Notes under the pieces: model-generated
Databases searched by the model: none
Seen by the model: the letters and a program-made list of their open reading frames with translations, nothing else
Told to the model about the DNA's origin: nothing
Source of the DNA: Octopus sinensis
Lineage: Eukaryota
Reading direction: 5' to 3'
NCBI RefSeq assembly: GCF_006345805.1
Contig: NC_043015.1
Span: 11,036,001-11,100,000 of the forward strand
Length of the DNA: 64,000 nucleotides
In this document: one piece after another, positions 1 through 13,924 of the stretch
Position numbering within the stretch: position 1 is the stretch's first letter
How the letters are laid out: each line of letters starts with the position of its first letter
Program-made: the position numbers and the translations under genes

Positions 1-465
1 GTGGATATCTATTTAAGTTCAAAATGGCTCCTTTGATAAACTGTCCATCAACTATCTGATGACGTTCATATATGATACATATGTTCACTGCCGACTTCTG
101 CAAGCTTCAAATGATTCCTTCTCTAGCTACAGTATTAGTGAAGATTATTGATTTGGTCTGTTTTAGATGCTACGGTGAGAAAAAGGTATCAGATGAGCAA
201 GTAAAATGTTTGGCTAACACTATACTTTCACTGGTAATGTGATGTTTACGTTGTCAATATATCTAATTGCGGTAGACAGTATCCATCGCTTTCTAAGTCT
301 ACGAGCTTACAGTGGAAGTAATTGGGTACAATTCAAACTTCAATTCTAGATTGATACGTTTTTCAAATTGCAGCGATAAAATCCGGTCCTCCTTTACTAT
401 GTGTCTACTTGATTGCGAAGAACTTATATATTACTGTATCCATAAGTACTTATGAGATTGCCCCG

Positions 466-654
466 CCACACACACACACACACGTATATGTAATATTAGT
501 AGCATGTGTATATGTATATATGTATATATATATATATGTAAATATATATATATATAATATAATATTATATAGTATAATATAATATAATATAGATAGTCAG
601 ATAGATAGATATATATAGATAGATAGATAGATAGATTGATTGATAGATAGACAG

Positions 655-713
<59 letters not shown>

Positions 714-744
714 TATAGATAGACAGACAGATAGATAGACAGAC

Positions 745-830
<86 letters not shown>
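466..830. repeat. Compound microsatellite (CA)n-(TA)n-(GATA/GACA)n
   Basis: Pure short tandem repeats; they account for the spurious YLSI/IYIY ORFs 431-913 and 597-875. Confidence 0.97.
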
Positions 831-831
<1 letters not shown>

Positions 832-993
832 ACTGTTTTAGCTGAAGAATGAACAAAAATTCCTTTGCGAAACAATGCAAACTTTGTACGAGTCCATACC
901 TCGTAGACTTCAAGCTGTGATTACTTCCAAATGCGGTCCTACCCTATATTAAAATAAATTTGTTTGAAATATTAGGGTGTTCCATTATTTTGT
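831..993 (+). mobile_element. Tc1-family transposon 3' end (transposase C-terminus plus putative right terminal region)
   Basis: Translates, with one stop and one frameshift, as [36 protein letters not shown] (TAA at 950-952), matching the Tc1 C-terminal motif SMPRRxxAVIxxKGGxTKY. A related end lies at 53233-53352. Confidence 0.8.
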
Positions 994-1350
994 TTGTGTG
1001 TGTGTATTTATGTATGTATTTATACAAAGATGTGCAGTGTGCATGTATATTAAAGTATATTACATATGTAAAAATATGTGCGTGCGTGCGTGTGCATGGC
1101 GCGAGCAAATCAAAGGAGAGAAATAAATATGAAAACATTCGCAAGTGCATACACATTAATATTCTCTCGCAGAGGCGAACCAGAGTTACCGTAATATCAC
1201 TATGGGTCTGGAAGTTGATTGCGTATACCACTAGAAACTGGAAATTATTGTGTGAAATCTGCTTTCCTGAAATAGGTGTCGTGTTAAGAAATTACATAAT
1301 TTCTTTATATAATATTCCGGATCTATTGATCCAAATGTATATAAATATTT

Positions 1351-1394
<44 letters not shown>

Positions 1395-1542
1395 CATATA
1401 CTGAATCTATATTGATTGCTCTAGTGTATCAAATTATTTATACTATTAAAGTATTTATGTATTTGATACGTGCGATTATATATCTATATTTTATAATACA
1501 TTATTATTAATATCAGGAAATCAATATTAGAAAATTCTTGTT

Positions 1543-2055
1543 TGTTTGAAATATAAATTAAAAATTACACATTACTGCTTTTGATTTTGATAAGTGCACT
1601 TTAATATGAGATTCTTTAAATCCATATATGTTTACTTGATAAGGAATAATCCATAATAGTTATGTGTAAAATCCATTATATTGTCCTCTGTTCCATATCT
1701 AGCTCATTGATTTTGATAATATAAAATAATGGAATCTTATACTGATCAGAATTTATCGATAACTCTTCTGCTCTTTAGAAAATCAAATGTAAATATCAAA
1801 TGTAAAATTTATATAATTTAACTAATGGTAGTTATTTTTTAATGAAGTAATATGGGAAAATGGTGTGTGTTTGAAATATAAATATAAAATTACTGCTTTT
1901 GATTTTGGTAAGTACACTTTAGTATGAGAATATTGAAATTCATATATGCTTCCTTGGTAATTATTCTGAAGTAATCCATAATAATTACGTATAAACTCCA
2001 TTATATTTTCCTGTATCCCAAATATAGTTCATAGACTTAAATAATATAAAATAAA
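1543..2055. repeat. Old direct duplication of an AT-rich ~190-bp unit (1543-1730 and 1868-2055)
   Basis: Shared blocks tgtttgaaatataaat, attactgcttttgatttt, taatccataata, ccattatatt; period about 325 bp. Confidence 0.85.
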
Positions 2056-3363
2056 ATCATATGTGAAATTCTATGTGAAGTTATAAAATAATAAATTGGT
2101 AAAAATATTTCTTTTATTTTTTATTTTTATAATTATAAGATGCCAATTGAAACTTTTAGATTTTTTAAAAAATTGATGCAATTATAACTGTCCATTTGTT
2201 ATAGATTAGATGTGCACGGGTTTTAATTCCAAGAATATCTATTCAATCTTTATTTAATGTATAATTTATGTCATGTAAATGTGTGTATAGTTAAATAATT
2301 GTAATTAATTTATCTATCAATCTACTTGTAAGTATCATCTTATATTTTGATATCACAAAAAAAGAACCTTATATATAGTCACTAATATACATCTTTATTA
2401 GAAATCCTATAATATTTAACGGTTTTATAATACCTATGTCTACATGTTCAAAGTGCTTCTGATTAACAATTTACTCTTTCTTTTAGTACACCTCATACTT
2501 TTTTCCTTTTTTGCTTCTTTCTTCTGCTCACTCTCCTTCTCTCACCTTTTTTGGCCTTCTCTTTCTTTGATTTCCCTACTTTCCCTACTCGTTTTATCTC
2601 CCTGCACCTTTTTCTATATACCTTTGATTTTCTCTCTTTCTTGTTCTTTCAGAATTGTTCAATAATCTTCGCTCACCTCCCTCTCTCTCCTTTCCTTCCA
2701 CGTGACCGGTGTTCGACCAAGCATGGTCTTTCTTCGTTGGCTCGAATGCCTGCCGTGAAGCATCTCCTATAAGTCTGTCTCATGGCTTTCATCTTTTATG
2801 TTCATCTATGTTCCTACCACAAGGCTTTCATTCTACGCACGCCAGCTCAACTTGATTCGTCTTTATTAACCGAAAGACACCTGTTGATATTTTCTTGTTG
2901 GTTATATTTATAATTGTGTGACATTTTCTCCGTTTCGTCGTTTTTTATTGTCTTAAGAAATGATTACGTAGATGTATGCTTTTATTTTCCTTTTTCGATT
3001 ATAATTGTAATACCAAACCAAGTCGTTCCGTAAGTAATCATAGCTTTTAGCAAATATAAATATATATAAAATACTCTGCTGCATAATGCACCGGTTGTTT
3101 TCACCCCAAAAATTAAATGGTCTTAGTTTAGATTTTGGGGCCCAACCAGATTTGAACAGTGTTAAGTGAAACCGGCTGAAACTGTGAGGATGATTTGGAA
3201 ACATCACTGATGAGAGAAGACTGCGAATGGCTCGTCTTTGTTTTTTTCTTCTCCGCCATCGTATCGTCAAACTCTCCGGGTGTTTTTTTTTTGTCGACTG
3301 TTGAGTTCTCGTTTTTTGGATTTATATGCATATCTAGCGGCCTCCGTACAGTTTTGCTCAATG

Positions 3364-3589
3364 TGTGACCGCGTATGTACCGTTGGCGATTTTCTTTCTC
3401 CATATCCCCTTCTTTGGACATCTTCTCTATTCTGACAATGAACTCCGCTCAAAATGTGAACTCCTCTTTCTTTTCTTTCCTTTCCAGAGCGTCCAATAAC
3501 GCTGTACATATTCCACGTCCTCGAGTGGTTGTCTTTTCTAGCTTGTTCATGTTTGGATTAACTATATACACACACACACACATATATAC

Positions 3590-3638
<49 letters not shown>

Positions 3639-3654
3639 ATATATTATATATATA

Positions 3655-3685
<31 letters not shown>

Positions 3686-3879
3686 GTTAATCCAAACAAG
3701 AAAACACAACAACGCGGAGGCGTGGAACAAATATAGTATTATTGGACGCTCAGGAAAGAAGGAAAGAAGGAGGGTTAACGTTTCGAATGGAGCTCTTCGT
3801 CGGAAACATAGGAGAACGAAAGATCCAGAGAAGGGAAGACAGAGGAAAAAAATCGCCAACGGTACGCACGAGGTCACAT
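3364..3879. repeat. Diverged inverted repeat (arms 3364-3566 and 3682-3879) around a (CA/TA)n spacer
   Basis: The reverse complement of the right arm matches the left arm in blocks: gtaccgttggcgatttt, gagcgtccaataa, tgtttggattaactata. Confidence 0.8.
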
Positions 3880-3954
3880 TTTGAAAATGTGTGTCTATAT
3901 ATATATGTCTATATATATAGACATATATATATATATGTATATATTTGTATGTAT

Positions 3955-3986
<32 letters not shown>

Positions 3987-4258
3987 CATATTTACATATG
4001 TACATATATACATATATACGCAGTACTATATATTCTATATGTAATTCCTGGCTTTCAGGCCCTGGTTGGAGGCGCAACTTTCCGATTCCTTTTATAAAAC
4101 TCAGGAAAATTAAAGGAACCCTGCAAAGTGCGTTTGAATCTGAGTGGGGAATATGTTGAATAAGATCATAATTAACTGCATTTTCTGTTCAGCACATCGT
4201 CACACACACACACACACACATACACACACACACACACACATACACACACACACACACA

Positions 4259-4300
<42 letters not shown>

Positions 4301-4365
4301 CATGTCACTTTACCTTCGATTACTGTATTTACCAGCTTGTTTCACATTTGTGTGCTGACTCCGGG

Positions 4366-4414
<49 letters not shown>

Positions 4415-4899
4415 TGTGTATGCGAGTGCATGTACATGTCTGCATGTGCATCCGTGTATGCACATGCGCGTGTATATACATATATCTATGTACAAACATG
4501 CGTATAATCTATATGTACATATATACACACGATATGTATAATGTATAAGATAGAGCATTGGAAAGAAGGAGAGAAAGAAAGAATGACACAAAAGAGATGA
4601 AAAGCGAAAGAAAGTAAGAAAGGAAGAAAGAAAAAAGAAAGCAAGGAAAAAAGAAAGGAAAAAGATAGAAAGAAAAAAGGATAGAAAGAAGGATGGGTTT
4701 AAGCAATGATTGCGTAGATGTGTGGTCGATTTTCCTTTTTCGATTAGAATCGTAATACTAAACCAAGGCATCCAGTAAGTAATCATAGCGTTTAGCAAAT
4801 ATAAATAAATAGAAAAATACTCTGCTGCATAATGGACCGGTGTTGAATTATTTATTCAAATTTGTGGTTTTTATTATTCATAAGAATAAACACGCATGT

Positions 4900-6620
4900 A
4901 TTCATGAAATTCAAATATTCTTCTATACACGCTCCAGAGAGATTTTTCAATGGAAGGTGGCCGACAGATATTATTTCTCAATATCTTGAACTGTCATCCA
5001 TTCCGAGAACTTTATCAATCTGAGGAATCTCTTTGACTCAAGTCCAAAACACACTGATGATATTCAAAATTCCAATAACAACCTTGAAACTTAAATCTCC
5101 AATGTTGATATTTCCAGATGGACTAATGAATTCCATTCCAAGATTTAGCTACATTTTTTTCTAAACCGAGTCATGTGGCTTTCTTTGTTTTATACAGTTC
5201 CATTGCCTACACGTGATTTACAATAGAAGGTAAGATACCATTATCATAATGTGATTCCAATTTATTCGTCCCACTAAATATTTTACGATGGCTAGTTTGA
5301 GGGGCCAGATATCAATATAAGATGATATCCACGTAATCCAAAGATAGAATGAAAGAGTGAAGCAGCAGTACAGGTGGATGGATATGGCCTAAGGAACCAT
5401 GGACATCATAATTGATAGCTATGGCACTGTGAAAACCAATGAAGAACACAAGAATCGGTTCAGAATAAAATACTGCTGAATGCTGGAATGGGAATGAATT
5501 TAAATATCAACCTTGCTAAGTTAACTTCCAAGTTTGTTATTAAACATTTGATTTGTTGATTTCACATAATTCCCAATGACCTTGAAATTCACGGTCTGGT
5601 ACAAAGAGAAACACGATTGCATCCAGGAAGACATTGTAGCTGTTGCAGAAGAACATCCGTTGAGCAGATCGGTGAAACTAAGGCACAAGGAAGTGCAGGA
5701 TTACTGGATCAATCTTCATGAATACTGATATTCATTGTGTCAGGTCATTTATCCAATTCGTCCACAATTCCATACAGATCTCATCTAATCTTTACAAATT
5801 AGTCAAGCGTGTAACACCATCTTGCATGTTCCTCTGAGTAATTTCATCCATGGATTATATCAGTGGCTGTTTATAGCCGTTCGCAAAAGACCGCTATCAT
5901 TGACACCATGAGATTGTTATAAGGTGGCTTGCTTCCAACGTAATTACATTCATCAGCAAATGATTCAATGCACCGAGGAATGAATTGCATTTCTGCAAGC
6001 TGGACGGCCATTCTCGATAGATCTCCCGATGGTCAAATGCATGTAACACGTTGCAAACGGCTGAAGTTTCTGCTTCAGATCATATCCCTTTCAGTCCTGC
6101 AAGCTATGATTATCTGACGCGATAAACCATCCGGGCACATTCGAAATTAATGTGGAATAGGGTATTGAAAAAGCAAATGAGATGGAATGAGCAAATTACC
6201 TGTATCTGGTGGAAAATAACCAAGATCAAAGACGGGAATGCTGATCATGAGCACATAGAGATCGACTATAGAGAATTATCAGGACGTTCATTATGCAAAA
6301 ATATTAACAGTTTTGGTGTTTCAGAGAAGGCGATAAATAAGGTGATTTAATATGCCGAAAAGGATGTAGTGATAGCCAACAAATATTTCTGATTGTCAAC
6401 GAAGGTTGACTCCTGATTACAGTGGTTAGATCTCTGGGATCAAGGTGCTCGAAAACAAATAATGCTGAGCATTAGATAACTCCAGGTCACATCACTGATG
6501 TTGAGTCTCTACATTTCCAAGAAACATCTCTGACATAAACCAGATTTGAGAACTCTGTAGATATTTTCATACCTTTCTAAGGAAGGCAATAACTGTCTTA
6601 TAAATTTGGGTGAAATATAT
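4900..6620 (-). mobile_element. Highly degenerate TE-like sequence, possibly non-LTR retrotransposon (CR1-like) remnants
   Basis: Non-microsatellite, coding-like composition with only weak motif echoes on the minus strand (e.g. LERYENIYRVLKSGL near 6540-6580, similar to CR1 C-terminal text). No clean catalytic motif found. Confidence 0.25.
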
Positions 6621-7123
6621 AAAGTTAATGCTTCGGTTGCAGTGAGTTCCTATACACAGTATTTAAGAGACACTCATATGGTCCTAAATTTTATATACTT
6701 CTAGGGCAAACAAGGAAATTTCTCTAGTGACAAGAAGTACAGTCACCGAGACAACTAGATATACCATGATATTACTTATTTTACACATGGGTATAAATTC
6801 ATAGTAACGATTACAGGTTCAATCGTTGTGCCCTCTCTGTAATGAAATTTCTTCTTCAGTTAAACTATAAATGTAATGTTAGACAATCTAACATATAGTT
6901 CATGAGTGTATTTAATCATTTTATCTTCTCGTGATTAAACATTCGCATGAATTTTGTTTTACAAATATTATTAATCTGTATGGAGTTATTCATTTAAGGA
7001 ATAAATAGAAGCGAAATTACATTATTTATTTTAAATTGTAGCTAAACTTGCTTTTCTTTCTGTTTTAAAGTGTGGAGTTGAAAAAAACACATATGTATGT
7101 ATGTTGCCCTTTAACCATACTCT

Positions 7124-7370
7124 TTGAAAGAGGAAAAAGAAAAATATAAGATATATAGGTGCAAATTATGTGTCGATTGCTGTTATAATTTAAATGCAAA
7201 AAAGCTGTTGCCTCTCGTGATACGAAAAATGATTTCTGATAATAGAATTAAGATATGGGAGCCAAAGGAACGTCTACATTACAAAAGCAATTCAACAAAG
7301 ACAAATAATACTGGCGATGGCATTTGACACATAGTTTAAGAAATTGATAATAGCTAGTTGAACGCAGCTG
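7124..7370 (+). mobile_element. Degenerate pogo/Tigger-type DDE transposase fragment
   Basis: NLNAKKLLPLVIRK...[23 protein letters not shown] resembles the pogo DDE_1 segment NAxGxEKLPLLVIGKS...PVxYKSNKKAWMTxxIF. Confidence 0.5.
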
Positions 7371-7444
7371 TGAAATTCCTGGAGAGAATTCCGTATTTCT
7401 CAGCTTCATGATGTTAATTATATTATCATATATCAAACAGAGGA

Positions 7445-7850
<406 letters not shown>

Positions 7851-8470
7851 GTTCAAGGAAATACAATCTGCCATATTAATAGCATTATAAGATATATTTG
7901 AAAATTAACTATACTACTTTGGTGAATTTATAGGTAATTTATATAATCAGCCCTGCTGGTACTAAGTTGGCACTATTAGGAAATACATCTGAAATTTCAT
8001 TATAATTATCCCAAAACGCATTAGAATATTAAACGAGGAGGAATAGTTATATGTTTGTTTCCATGACAAACAACGTAGCCGTTTCCCCAATTTCGTATTA
8101 ATGCATTCTCTCCTACTATTAAATCTCTTCTCTACAATATTTAATAATTCGTCAGCACCACAATACAAATGAATGAATCTGATATTAAGATTGTTATGAA
8201 CTCAAAATCTCCGGTTTCCTAATAACTGAGAATGGCTTAGAAAACCGAGAGAGGTTTTGTTTGATATCCCAATGGAGACCCTCACTGAGCCTGAGTATTG
8301 AAAACTTATTGAAATTTATGCATCATACTTCCTCATAGGGGACATTCTGCCTTGCCTTGAACAGCATGACAAGTCATGGCCTAAAGTAATTTAGAAATTT
8401 TCTTATATTTTATTTACACACGTTGGCTTAATAATTAAAGTTCATATAGATTATGGTTTTAGTTAATTTT

Positions 8471-8627
8471 TAGGTGAACGTGCATATACATACATGCGCG
8501 CTCTCACTTACAGATGAGTATGGTGTTTAGTCGCCGAAATCTTATCTAATATACTAATTTCTATTTGCGGGTACCATCAGACTGGCTATGCTCAGAGTTG
8601 TCCTCCTACATTTTAACTCCCAAGGGT
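8471..8627. repeat. Interspersed repeat, uninterrupted copy; a second copy at 13061-13507 is interrupted by a SINE
   Basis: Shared tgcatataca...ctctcactta..gatgagtatggt and ggtaccat...actggctatgctcagagttg...tcccaagggt. Confidence 0.85.
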
Positions 8628-9089
8628 ACCCAAATAAGACCACCTACTAACTACACAAGTGATATAGAAGTAGAGAGATTCGAATTTTCTAGAAGAGACA
8701 TGCTTTAAGAATAGCTAAGAAACGGCCCAAACACAGAGATCTTATATCACGCCGGACACTAAACTGGAATTTATAACTCTCTTTGAGGTCAGCCCGCAGT
8801 TTCATGGTTGATTTTCCCTCTCAAAATCTGATGGTGGTCTGGAAATTTTTAGACAACTAAAATGTTTTTAGAAGTCCTTTAGCCGTCAATGATCTGAGCT
8901 ACACTTGACTGCATGCTACTTTAGAACTCATGCGACCGACAGAAATGCAAATATAATGATGAAAATATTACATCGTATGGAAAACCAAAATAATGCAGGG
9001 AATTTATTTCTCAATATTTGTACTACTATATGCTCCGTAACCTCACATCAAGTTGTATTTAATAGAACTTCTCATTATCGTAACAAATT

Positions 9090-9202
9090 GAGAGAATCGT
9101 TAGCGCGTCAGACAAAATGCTTAACGTTGTTTCTTAAGGTGCTCTACATCCTGAGTTCAAATTCCGCAACAGATATTGACTTTGCCTTTCAACTTTGCGG
9201 GG
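9090..9202 (+). mobile_element. tRNA-derived SINE (family B) 5' fragment
   Basis: gttagcgcg...aaatgctta...ctgagttcaaattccgc...gactttgcctttca matches the fuller copy at 32727-32946; B-box-like GAGTTCAAATTCC. Confidence 0.75.
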
Positions 9203-9214
9203 AGGATATAGGAG

Positions 9215-9424
9215 GAGGTGCTAAAACGTTCCTGGCTTTAAGGGGATCACAAAAGGCCTAGCTAGAGGCCCAACCCTCCGTGTTCTTTCATAGGACATTG
9301 TAAAAGTGAAGGAACGCTGTAATAAGTATGTGAATCTGAGAGGGGGAATAAGTTGAATAAAATCATAATTAACTGATCCTCTTATATTTTCTTCTACGCA
9401 AAGCCTGGACCTTTCAGAAACCCC
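9215..9424 (+). mobile_element. Mariner-derived MITE (~210 bp)
   Basis: Imperfect TIRs gaggtgctaaaacgttcctggcttt / aaagcctggacctttcagaaacccc. Interior encodes KVKERCNKYVNLRG(E)-VE*, the typical mariner C-terminus (RWxKCxxxxGxYVE). Confidence 0.7.
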
Positions 9425-10730
9425 ATGTAACGCGTACTTGGTAAGTACTGGAGTCAGTATAATCAACGAACCCTAATATTTCTGAAGATGTGTCAGAATT
9501 TGAACCCAGAATAGTAGTGACGCACTTAGTACATTTATCCTCCTAATTCGCTAACATTTTCAAGCGTAAAATATAAGCCTGTATATTGTGAAATTAACTG
9601 CATTTATATAATGTAATATAATAAATTGTATTTCTTTCCCTTATTCGTGTGAGCCATGGCTATTCAATAGGATAACATGTATATGTAAGAAGCCATATAT
9701 CATTGAGACTACTATTCACACTAGGTGTGTCAAAAGATAGCAGAATATTTACAATTTAAAACGGTATAGTTCTTCAGGGTCTTTCAAACGAGTGTAAAAT
9801 ATCTGCAAAACTTCTCCAGGCGCACAGCATCGTTTGAGTTTTGTGTCATCATATTTATATGCATAATGTTTCAAAATCAAAATAGGTATCTACTGAAGGG
9901 AACGATTATGTTTTGTCCTATACATATATGTATGTGTGTATTCGTGTGCATGAATATGTAATGAAATTCGAGGGAAAATGAAAGATAAAATGTTGTTTCT
10001 TTTCACAGCCGTTTCGTAGTAGATATTCAGTTATATCACCGATACCAAAATGACTTTCATACATATATGTATACATATACATACACAGATATGATTTTAT
10101 TGTAACATAATGAATAAGATTCCTTTTCAAAACATATTTTGGTCATTAAATATTTGTCTTAGTTAGATTAACCTTGGTTTCCTAATTTCATGCTAATTAA
10201 CATCAGAAATAGTCTGAATGGTTGGAACATATAAGGTTGTAGTTTCGATTCCTCTACCGTGTCGTATTCTAGATGTCATGTTAGATTCAGCTGATAAAAA
10301 AATGCGCAGACCTGGGAGAGATCAGCTCATGAGCTCATGGCTCGAGAACTACCGCTCAATTATTTTTCTAACATGTAATATATTTGTTATAGCTCAAATG
10401 TCAGAAACGTCAATTATAGGAATGTATTGAAATGAAAATTAATAAATAGCAGTAAATAAGATAACATAAAGTAAAATAAAATAATGTAACGTAAGATATT
10501 TAATCACATCCTTGTTTACAAAAAAATGTAGTCAACTTGGAAAATCTGAAATCACTGTCACCCTATAGAAAAACTGATATGAATAAGCACACAACGAAAA
10601 AGTATTGTGTAATATTTCATTGAATCCTAAAGCTTTTTCATACATAACTTGATATAAAACAACCATGCATGTAACAAACTTATACATTTATGTAAACACA
10701 TTCATATATACTTCTGTATATATACAATTG

Positions 10731-10982
10731 TGGAGGCGCGTGGCTTAGAGGTTAGGGTGTCAGCATTATGATAGTAAGATTGTGGTTTCGATCTCTGGAC
10801 TGGGCGACGCGTTGTGTTCTTGAGCAAAACACTTCATTTCACGTTGCTCCAGTTCACTAAGCTGGCGAAAATGAGTAACGCTGTGATGGACTGGCGCCTA
10901 GTCCAGCTTGGGAACACATACACCATAGAAACCGGAAAAGCGAGCCCGTGAGCCTGGCTAGGCTTTAAAAGGGCGCATTTAT
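10731..10982 (+). mobile_element. tRNA-derived SINE (family C)
   Basis: A-box TGGCTTAGAGGTT and B-box-like GGTTTCGATCTC, then body gttcttgagcaaaacacttcatttcacgttgctccag; related copies on - at 23645-23875 and 32630-33150. Confidence 0.85.
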
Positions 10983-11289
10983 TTTTTTTATTTTTATATA
11001 TTCAATTATGAATTAAAAGAAGCGTAGTGTTGTGATGATTATCGAGAACAGATCTCACTGTTCGGGAGAGATCACGCATAGCACTTGTAGTCACTGACTG
11101 TCCAGTTCAATTTGTCTCTGGTTCGATTCGGGTACGTAATGGTACTAGGCCACACAAATACCTACATAACGGTATCTATCGTCCATGGATGGGACTTGAA
11201 TCGAGTTGTCTCGCACCTCTGTGACTTCCAAGTGTTTTCACGTCCAGTGCTACGAGGGAGTCTTCCCCAGAATGCTGTAATGCAACGAC

Positions 11290-11516
11290 TCGGCACGCGA
11301 GCTGTGTGTGTGTGTACGTGCGTATCTGTTTGAATATATATGTTTATATATATATATATATATGTATATATATGTATGTATATATATATATGCACATATA
11401 ATGTATATATATATATATATACACATATATGTATATATATGTATATATATGTATATATACATATATATATATGTGTGAGTGTGTGTGTGTGTGTGTGTGT
11501 ATGTATATATAAATAA

Positions 11517-11570
<54 letters not shown>
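11290..11570. repeat. (TG)n/(TA)n microsatellite cluster
   Basis: Direct inspection. Confidence 0.95.
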
Positions 11571-11573
<3 letters not shown>

Positions 11574-12144
11574 ACTGCTAATTATGTCAACTTCAGTGCA
11601 AATCCTAATGGCTGGGGAATGAAAAAGTTATAAGCTGGGGAAAAAATGAAATTGATCAAATATCAAAGTAGAATGTAAAAAACACAGTTCCAAGATATCA
11701 GTATTTAATATATGAAAAAAAAAATATTTACAGGAATATTAGAGAATGACTGCAACCTACTGTGTTATGATAGATTATGTCAAGATATTCTCTGAGGAAG
11801 AAATATAACGACGAACGTCTTAAGAAACCTTTAAAATATATTCTTAGAAGAATGCATGAAAAGAAAATAGAATCGTAGCACATCCCACAAGATAAAACGT
11901 ACTTTGGCACCAACTTTTTAGTAATTTTACTGGATGTTTGATACTTTGAAATAACATTTATTTCATGTTCGTCAATTCGAATGATTACTGAGTGTAGTGA
12001 AGCAAATTGCAAATGAGGAATTGTTATAAAGGTGTGTACTATAGATTCATATCCCTGCAGACTATTCGAAATGAGTAATAAATAATAAATATAAACTCCT
12101 GAATGCATATGTGGATAAATTAGGTACAAGTATATCACTATATC

Positions 12145-12231
12145 CTTTTATTCTTTTATTGTTTTACTTCTTTCAGTCATTTCACTGCGGCCATGCTGGA
12201 ACACCGCCTTTAGTGGACCAAATCGACCCCG
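12145..12231 (-). mobile_element. SINE family A 3' fragment
   Basis: ttcagtcatttcactgcggccatgctggaacaccgcc matches the tails at 13118, 15710, 45988 and 51770. Confidence 0.8.
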
Positions 12232-12243
12232 ATGATGGCACGG

Positions 12244-12419
12244 TTGGTGGTGGTGGTGGTGGTGGTGGTGGTGGTGATGGTGGTAGCGGTGGTGCTGGTG
12301 CTGATATTGGTCGCCTTGTTAATGATGGTAATGATAACGATGATGAAGAAGTAGAGGAGCAGAAGGAAGGGAAGAGGAGTTTAACGATAATGATGATAAT
12401 GATGATGATAATAGTGATA

Positions 12420-12455
<36 letters not shown>

Positions 12456-12471
12456 GTGATGATGATAATTC

Positions 12472-12519
<48 letters not shown>

Positions 12520-12545
12520 CGACGATGATGAGAATGAGGATGATC
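12244..12545. repeat. (GGT)n and (GAT)n trinucleotide repeats
   Basis: Explain the poly-G/poly-M/poly-I/poly-H ORFs 12111-12578, 12182-12547 and 12381-12689. Confidence 0.95.
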
Positions 12546-13117
12546 ACATGGTGGTGTCGAGAATGTCGACGAGGATAGCCTGCCGTCCTTCATGTAGCTC
12601 ATTGTTTCATTGTTAATTAATTTAAATTCACTTCCTTTAGCTTTAACACCGACTCGAGTAACAGATGCAGCACGAACACTCTGTCGCACATCACAGTTCT
12701 CTTCTGTTCAGTTTATGTTGCTCAACACCACCATCAACAACAACAATTCCCATTACACAATCCTAGCAATGCCAACATGATTTCGCGTCTATTCCCTTTC
12801 CTACTGCATTTTCTTACAATCAGCGCGATTACCTCTCCGTTACTTACACAAATCTACATAATGACGCCTACTATTCTGTTGTATTTCATACAATTATTTC
12901 ATTTCGATTGCTTATATGTTGTGCACATTAGGGTGTTAGTTTCGAATTTAGGATCTCATCTCGCAGCAACTCCAATGATTGCTTTTTATTTGAGGTATCT
13001 TACATACCTGTTTGAAACTGGCCATATATTAATCTAATCACAATCTTTCTTTCCTTACTGTAGGTGGACATGCATATACATGCATGCACGCTCTCACTTA
13101 GGGATGAGTATGGTTTT

Positions 13118-13300
13118 CTTATTTGTTTGGATCATTTGACTGCGGCCATGTTGGAGTACCATATTTAGTCGAGCAAATCGCCCCCAGGACTTATCCCTTG
13201 TAAGCCTAGGACTTATTCTATCGATCTCTTTTACCAAACTGCTAAGCTACGGGGACGTAAATACACCAACATTGGTTGTCAAGCGATGTTGGGAGGACAT
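13118..13300 (-). mobile_element. SINE family A 3' half inserted in an older repeat
   Basis: catttgactgcggccatg...gttgtcaagcgatgttggg; the host repeat continues on both sides when compared with 8471-8627. Confidence 0.85.
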
Positions 13301-13924
13301 ATATATATATGTGTATGTGTGTGTATTGAGAGAGAGAAAGCTATATATATATATATATATAGTTACATAAATAGATGCAGATATATGGCTTTAAATGCTT
13401 AGAGATCCACTGTTCCAAATGTCATCTAATTTACTTACTTCTATTTGCAGGTACCATAAAACTGGCTATGCTCAGAGTTGCCCTCAGACATTTTACCTCC
13501 CAAGGGTGCGAAAATAATTGCTCATGACAAATGTCAGTCTACAAAAATCCTTTTGTTTTTTTTAGTATCTTCAATCAGGGGTTCAACTCTGTTCATGAAC
13601 AACACTAACAATTGTTTACCCTTCTTTTACCGTTTCTACGTTACAAACATTGCAACTGTGAGGTTGGAAGCATATATCTTAACGATATCAATTATTGATT
13701 AAGCGCACCATTGTCGCATCACCGCTTTTTCTGCTCCATTTAATATTCCAGCGATTTTTTTCTTATTGTTGCTGTTCCTCTTCTTGTAATTATTCGATTT
13801 TCTGCTTTCAATTTTGTATCCACTTCTTACCGACTGTCTTCGCGGTACCTAGGGCGATGAAACACACCAGATTGTTCATTTACAAAATGAAATGATGTTA
13901 TGTGCGGAAACAATTATTTACATG

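Noticed and set aside
260-340. Minus-strand LVDLE(K)AMDTV (RT-like) or LESDGYCL (OTU-like) motif
   Set aside because: Two incompatible readings, each under 10 aa and without supporting flanking motifs.
5580-6060. hAT-like phrases (DYWINLHEY; SRWSNA) on +
   Set aside because: They occur in the wrong order for a hAT transposase and are too short.
10731-10805. tRNA gene in the SINE heads (also 18600-18672, 27588, 32727)
   Set aside because: A/B boxes are present but there is no full cloverleaf, and each continues into a repeated SINE body.
11728-12138. 136-aa minus-strand ORF
   Set aside because: AT-driven composition, no recognisable motif, no convincing splice signals.
12620-13037. Extended + open frame with QHHHQQQQ
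   Set aside because: Low-complexity, hydrophobic AT-biased composition; no homology recognised.
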